Source of the DNA: Verrucomicrobiota bacterium
Lineage (GTDB): Bacteria; Verrucomicrobiota; Verrucomicrobiia; Limisphaerales; Palsa-1400
Assembly: GCA_049510745.1 (NCBI GenBank)
Contig: JBEKYR010000006.1
Coordinates: 1 to 64,000, forward strand
Length of the DNA stretch: 64,000 bases
Reading direction: 5' to 3'
In this document: one piece after another, positions 59,483 to 64,000 of the stretch
Layout: each line of letters begins with the position of its first letter
Position numbering within the stretch: the first letter of the stretch is position 1
Notes under the pieces: generated by a model
What the model was told of the DNA's origin: nothing
Database searches by the model: none
What the model saw: the letters and a program-made list of their open reading frames with translations, nothing else
Position numbers and translations under genes: made by a program

Positions 59483-62370
59483 GCAACGTTTTTCGCTGGT
59501 TCCTCATCGTCGTGCTCGCGCTGGCCCGGCCCGGCTGGGGGCGGGCGCAAATCGCCGCCCAGGACAAGGCCTCCAATTACACCTCCGGCTGGAACAATGG
59601 CGCCAATGGCGGCTCCGGCTTTCTCGCCTGGATTCTCCAGGACAACAACAACACGCCCGCTTCCGACGATTATTCCGGTTTCTTTCTTTACACCTCCGGC
59701 ACCGCCGCCCTGGATACCGGCAACGAATCCTTCGGCCTTTACGCCAACGGCCCCGACTACAACGAAGCCGTCGCCTGGCGCGGCCTGCGGGCCGCCGTGG
59801 CCGTGGGGCAGGTCTTCGAGGTGAAGTTCAAGAACAACTCGGTCGCCCCCGGCGGCGCCGCCGGCGTCAGCCTGCTGCCCACCACCGGCGCCGCCTCCAC
59901 CAACACGCTTTCCGGCATCACCAGCAACGCCTGCCTGAGCGTCTATTTCGAGGGCGGCGGCGCCGATTACCTCCTGGCCGACGGCAACGGGGTGACCGAC
60001 ACGGGAATCGCCTGGAATGAAAACGGGATGCTGCTGGAGATCGCACCGCTGTCAAACACAAATTATGTCCTGATGCTCCGCAGCGCCGACGGCGCGTCGT
60101 TGCAGGCGCTCTTCGTCAACGACCGGTTCCTGAACGCCGGGCCGGCGGCTGGTTTCGCCTGTTACGCCCTGAATCCCGGCGCGAACGGCAATGTTTTTTT
60201 CAACCAGATCGAAGTCGCTTCCGCCGCCGTTCTGCCGCCGGCGCTGTTGAACGTGACGCCGGCCGGCGGCGCGGCCTTTGTGGACCCAACGATCGCCGGC
60301 GTGTCCTTCGAGGTCTTTTCGCCGTTTTCCGGCGTGGCCATCAACGGAATCACGCTCACGCTCAACGGCGTCGCGCACAGCAACGGGCTGGCCTTTGCCG
60401 GGTCGGCCACCAACTGGTTTGTCAGCACGACGATTCCCCTGCAAGCGAATATCACCTACATCGGCGCGATCCACGTGACCGATCTGAACGGGAATACCGC
60501 CAGCCAGACGCTCTCGTTCAACACCTGGTCGCAGGGCCTGCAATTCATCGAGGCGGAAGATTACAATTTCTACGGCGGCAACTTCATTGCCAACGCCGTG
60601 CCCGACGAATACGGCGGAGCGGAAGACGGCCTCGGCGCCCTTTCCACCAACGCCATCGCCTTTGCGGGCGTGGACGCTTTCAAACCGTCGGCGCCCGATG
60701 GCGGGACCAACGTCTATCGTCCGCAAGACACCGGCCGCGTTGATGTCAACACTAATTCAGACGCGCCCCGCCCCGTTTACGCGGAACAAGATCTGCCCGA
60801 TTACAGCCTGGTCTCCGTCCAGGCCAACGAATGGGAGAATTACACGCGCGCCTTCAGCAATGTGGCTTGCGTCGTCTATGCCCGGATGTCGCCGGTTGCC
60901 GGCGCGGGCGCGATGCTGCTGGAAGAATTGGCCGCGCCCGCCGCCACCAATTCCTGCCAGCCCCGCGCCGCGCTGGGCGCCTTTGTTTGCCCGGCCAATG
61001 CGGCCAGCCCGGCCTCCTACACCAACGTGCCGCTGACCGATTTTTTCGGCAACCCCGTCGTCCTGCGACTCAATGGAATCAACACTCTGCGCGTCACCTG
61101 CCTGAGTGGCGGCTACGACTTGAACTACCTGCTTTTTTTCCCGGCCACGAACACCGCGCCCCTGCCTCCCTACCTCGCTGCGGGCTATCCGTATCCCGGA
61201 GCGACCGGCGTCGCCCCGGACGTGACCGTCACTTTTACCATCGCCAACCGCACCAACGCCGTCGTGCCCTCCAGCATCCGGCTGTTTCTAAATGGCGTCG
61301 AAGTCACCGGCGCGACGGCCTTGTCGAATAACGCCGCCGGAACCACGGCCACCTATCCAGTGGCCGCGCTGCTGCCCTCCGGCTCGGCCAACACCTTGCA
61401 GGCGGTTTTTTCCGACGGCTCCGTCTGGCAGACCAATCAATGGCAATTCACCGCCGCCAATCTGCCGGTCCTGCCCGCGGGAGACGCCCTGCCCTTTGGC
61501 GGCGCGGTCGAGCGCGGGTTCATCGTGCAAATGGCCAAGGCCACCAACGGCGCGTCGTCCTCCTTATTTCCGCCTTCGGCGGCCAACGCCGAGAAACAAT
61601 TGGCCGGCCAGATCATCAATCCCGCCACCGGCAAACCCTTCACCAACGAAGCCTCCGGCCCGAGCGGCACCGGATTTTTTGCGGTGACCAACGTGCTCAA
61701 CTTTCGCGGGGCGGGAACCAATCTGCCGCCGGTGGGCCTGTTCACCAACAACGTCGCGCCCTTCCCCGGCGTGGCCGCGACGCTGGCCGGGTCCTACACC
61801 AATTTTCCGGAATACTTCGCGCTGGCGGCCGTCACCTATCTGCCGCTGACCAACGGCGTCTATCGTTTCGCTGTCTTGAGCGACGACGGTTTTCAACTCG
61901 GCATCGGCGCGACGCCGCAGTCCACGCCGGTTATTATGAGCTACAACGGCGGGCGGGGCATCAGCGACCCCTCCAATCCGAGCGTCCAGGACTTTGTCGT
62001 GTCACAAGCCGGGATGTATCCCTTTTGCCTGCTCTATTACCAAGCCGGGGCCGACTCCGTCCTGCAATGGTATTCGATCAACCGCGCGAGCGGGGAAGCC
62101 AGCCTGATCAACGACCCGGCCGATGCGGGCGCGATCCCGGCCTATCAACTGGCGCCCGTGCAGATGGTGAATCCGATCTGGCAGGGAGCGGGATTTGCGT
62201 TTGGTTTTCAAGCTCCGGGCGCGCACACCAACCGCGTGCAATTCAAAGACCGTCTGACCGACCCCGTCTGGCAAACCCTCACCAACATCCCCGGCCTCGG
62301 CGTCCAGACCACCGTGACCGACACGTCGGCGACGAATGGGGGGCGGTTTTACCGGGTGGTGACGGAGTGA
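59479..62370 (+). CDS. Secreted multidomain protein (CBM6-like, Ig-like, PA14-like) with the shared C-terminal domain
   Basis: ATGA overlap with the GH13 gene; IEAEDYN...EWENYT; YRFAVLSDDGFQL; ends FYRVVTE. Confidence 0.8.
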   Translation: MSNVFRWFLIVVLALARPGWGRAQIAAQDKASNYTSGWNNGANGGSGFLAWILQDNNNTPASDDYSGFFLYTSGTAALDTGNESFGLYANGPDYNEAVAWRGLRAAVAVGQVFEVKFKNNSVAPGGAAGVSLLPTTGAASTNTLSGITSNACLSVYFEGGGADYLLADGNGVTDTGIAWNENGMLLEIAPLSNTNYVLMLRSADGASLQALFVNDRFLNAGPAAGFACYALNPGANGNVFFNQIEVASAAVLPPALLNVTPAGGAAFVDPTIAGVSFEVFSPFSGVAINGITLTLNGVAHSNGLAFAGSATNWFVSTTIPLQANITYIGAIHVTDLNGNTASQTLSFNTWSQGLQFIEAEDYNFYGGNFIANAVPDEYGGAEDGLGALSTNAIAFAGVDAFKPSAPDGGTNVYRPQDTGRVDVNTNSDAPRPVYAEQDLPDYSLVSVQANEWENYTRAFSNVACVVYARMSPVAGAGAMLLEELAAPAATNSCQPRAALGAFVCPANAASPASYTNVPLTDFFGNPVVLRLNGINTLRVTCLSGGYDLNYLLFFPATNTAPLPPYLAAGYPYPGATGVAPDVTVTFTIANRTNAVVPSSIRLFLNGVEVTGATALSNNAAGTTATYPVAALLPSGSANTLQAVFSDGSVWQTNQWQFTAANLPVLPAGDALPFGGAVERGFIVQMAKATNGASSSLFPPSAANAEKQLAGQIINPATGKPFTNEASGPSGTGFFAVTNVLNFRGAGTNLPPVGLFTNNVAPFPGVAATLAGSYTNFPEYFALAAVTYLPLTNGVYRFAVLSDDGFQLGIGATPQSTPVIMSYNGGRGISDPSNPSVQDFVVSQAGMYPFCLLYYQAGADSVLQWYSINRASGEASLINDPADAGAIPAYQLAPVQMVNPIWQGAGFAFGFQAPGAHTNRVQFKDRLTDPVWQTLTNIPGLGVQTTVTDTSATNGGRFYRVVTE

Positions 62371-62399
62371 AAAGCCCCGTCCTTTGGGCGGGGATTTTT
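62371..62399 (+). terminator. Intrinsic terminator
   Basis: aaagccccgtcc-ttt-gggcggggattttt. Confidence 0.7.
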
Positions 62400-62470
62400 A
62401 CTGCAAATTACTTTTCCTCTTCCGCTTTGGTTGCGAGCCTTTTGAAATGCGTGTAAAACAACGCCGACTC

Positions 62471-62785
62471 TCAGGCGAACTCCACGCGGGGTTTGATGCC
62501 CATGTCTTCGGCGATGCTCTTGATGATAACGCTCAGGTTCCGCGCGGTGGGGTTGCCGTTGCGGTGGAGCATCCGATGAAGGGATTTTTCGCCCAGGCCG
62601 GTTTGGCGCGCCAGTTCTTTGAAACTAATGTCGGCGTTGACGAGATCGCGCAGTCTGGAAAGCGCCCCGGCTGTGTCGCCTTCCAAAAGCATTTCAACCG
62701 CGCCAGCATAGAATAGCCGCGCAAACTTGCGGTCGCGTTTTATCCGCGCCATGACCGTTTCTCTATAGTCTCGTGTTGTTTCCAT
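62471..62785 (-). CDS. HTH addiction-module antidote-like protein (orphan)
   Basis: LRDLVNA..FKELARQTGLGEKSLHRMLHRNGNPTARNL. Confidence 0.8.
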   Translation of the reverse strand: METTRDYRETVMARIKRDRKFARLFYAGAVEMLLEGDTAGALSRLRDLVNADISFKELARQTGLGEKSLHRMLHRNGNPTARNLSVIIKSIAEDMGIKPRVEFA

Positions 62786-62856
62786 TTTGGGTTCAAGCCC
62801 GGATTCTGTGCGGAATCTGTGCGGGAAACACAACCCCCCAATTTCCCCGGTAAAAA

Positions 62857-62941
62857 TGGTGCCCGCGACAGGACTTGAACCTGTACGATGTTACTCACTA
62901 GAACCTGAATCTAGCGCGTCTGCCAATTCCGCCACGCGGGC
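62857..62941 (-). tRNA. tRNA-Leu(CAG)
   Basis: 85 nt GCCCGCG...CGCGGGCACCA, anticodon arm CTAGA-TTCAGGT-TCTAG, long variable arm. Confidence 0.95.
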
Positions 62942-63060
62942 GCAACCAAAGTTTCCCGAATCGCCGTCAAAATTACACGGGACGCCCCTCCGGCGCAAGC
63001 ACGCAATTGTGGATTTACAGAGCCAATCTTTTCGATTAGAATTGGAGGAACGGAAACAAT

Positions 63061-63573
63061 GTGAGACGTCCCTTCCAAATGACAATTTTCGCGGCGATGT
63101 TGGTTGTTCTGCTGGCGGGCCTTCCGTTGCGCGGCCAGACCGCCGTCTCGCCGTACCGCGCCTTGCATCCGATTATGAAGGACCCTAATCAGCGCAATGC
63201 GCCGTCCAGCGTCAATGAGTCCGACCTCGGCCCAGGCCCCACTCCCGCGCCGCCGCCGGGACCGACTCAACCGGCCCCGCCCGCCGCCGCCACGGCCAAG
63301 GTGGATGCCTGCCTGAAGGCGTCGAAACTGAGCGTGTTGGGGACGATCGACGGGATCAAGGGGACTCTTTACGTGACCAACGTCGGCTCCCTGCCGGTGA
63401 CTCCCTCGGTGCAGTTTCTGGTGTGCGATACCAGGGGGGGCAAAGTAGGGACGGCTTCCAAGACCGGCACGGCGCTGGCGGCCGGGGCCGATGAGAAAAT
63501 CGAAATCCTGGCGACCAATCTGAACGCGGCGGATTTGAAATTGTTGAGGTTGACCGTCACGCAAACCAAATAA
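63061..63573 (+). CDS. Hypothetical secreted protein
   Basis: Signal peptide, Pro-rich linker, Ig-like C-terminal domain. Confidence 0.65.
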   Translation: MRRPFQMTIFAAMLVVLLAGLPLRGQTAVSPYRALHPIMKDPNQRNAPSSVNESDLGPGPTPAPPPGPTQPAPPAAATAKVDACLKASKLSVLGTIDGIKGTLYVTNVGSLPVTPSVQFLVCDTRGGKVGTASKTGTALAAGADEKIEILATNLNAADLKLLRLTVTQTK

Positions 63574-64000
63574 GATTTCGCCGGCGCAATCTTCCTTCCG
63601 CCTTCCTCTTTATTCCCGGTGTTGGCACGAAACAGGCTGATAAGAGGGTCGTAGAGGGGCTGCTTGGGAGAAATTTCTTAGAACGGGGGAAAGCTGGAGG
63701 TGGCTTGGGGGCCCCCGTTCTGAGAACGTCCGTCGAACCGCTTTCTCCCATCGCGGCCCCTCTGCTTTTTTGCCCGGAACCAGGCCTTGGGGGCGTCGAG
63801 ACGCCGGTTTTTGGAGAAATTGGCCCCGCTTTCCTTCCGGCCCAGCCTGCGTGAAAACCACGCGGATGCGTGAAAAAATCTTTGATCGGGGCGGTATTTA
63901 TCGGCCAAAAGACTCGCGGCGGGCTTTTTTTCAAGGAAAAACGCGGGATGTTTCTTGACAAAAAACCGGCCGGGATGGTGGCATGGAATTGGCTGTGGAA

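Overview
GC-rich bacterial chromosomal window. The gene families (Gloeo_Verruco repeats, H-X9-DG prepilins, large secreted repeat proteins) suggest Verrucomicrobiota, probably Pedosphaera/Limisphaerales-like; this is an inference. Housekeeping blocks (glyoxalase, purU, gmhB-kdsB-pyrG, recQ, yggS, tRNA-Leu) alternate with accessory DNA. (i) An integrase-less integron remnant at about 5.0-6.4 kb has an attI-like site, an attC and a SUFU cassette. (ii) A mini defence island at 10.3-12.9 kb holds two TA-like pairs around an orphan FokI-like nuclease. (iii) A roughly 29 kb stack of decayed islands at 20.1-49.4 kb contains two full and one half copy of tRNA-Ala(CGC), a tRNA-Pro 3' fragment and two integrase stubs. 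Within this stack most cytoplasmic and mobility genes survive only as short shards, while large secreted proteins are intact. At least nine exported proteins or fragments share a roughly 70-80 aa C-terminal domain ending in (F/Y)(F/Y)-x-(V/L/I), usually followed by a terminal Pro, a candidate lineage-specific sorting signal. All family calls are by eye, without database searches.
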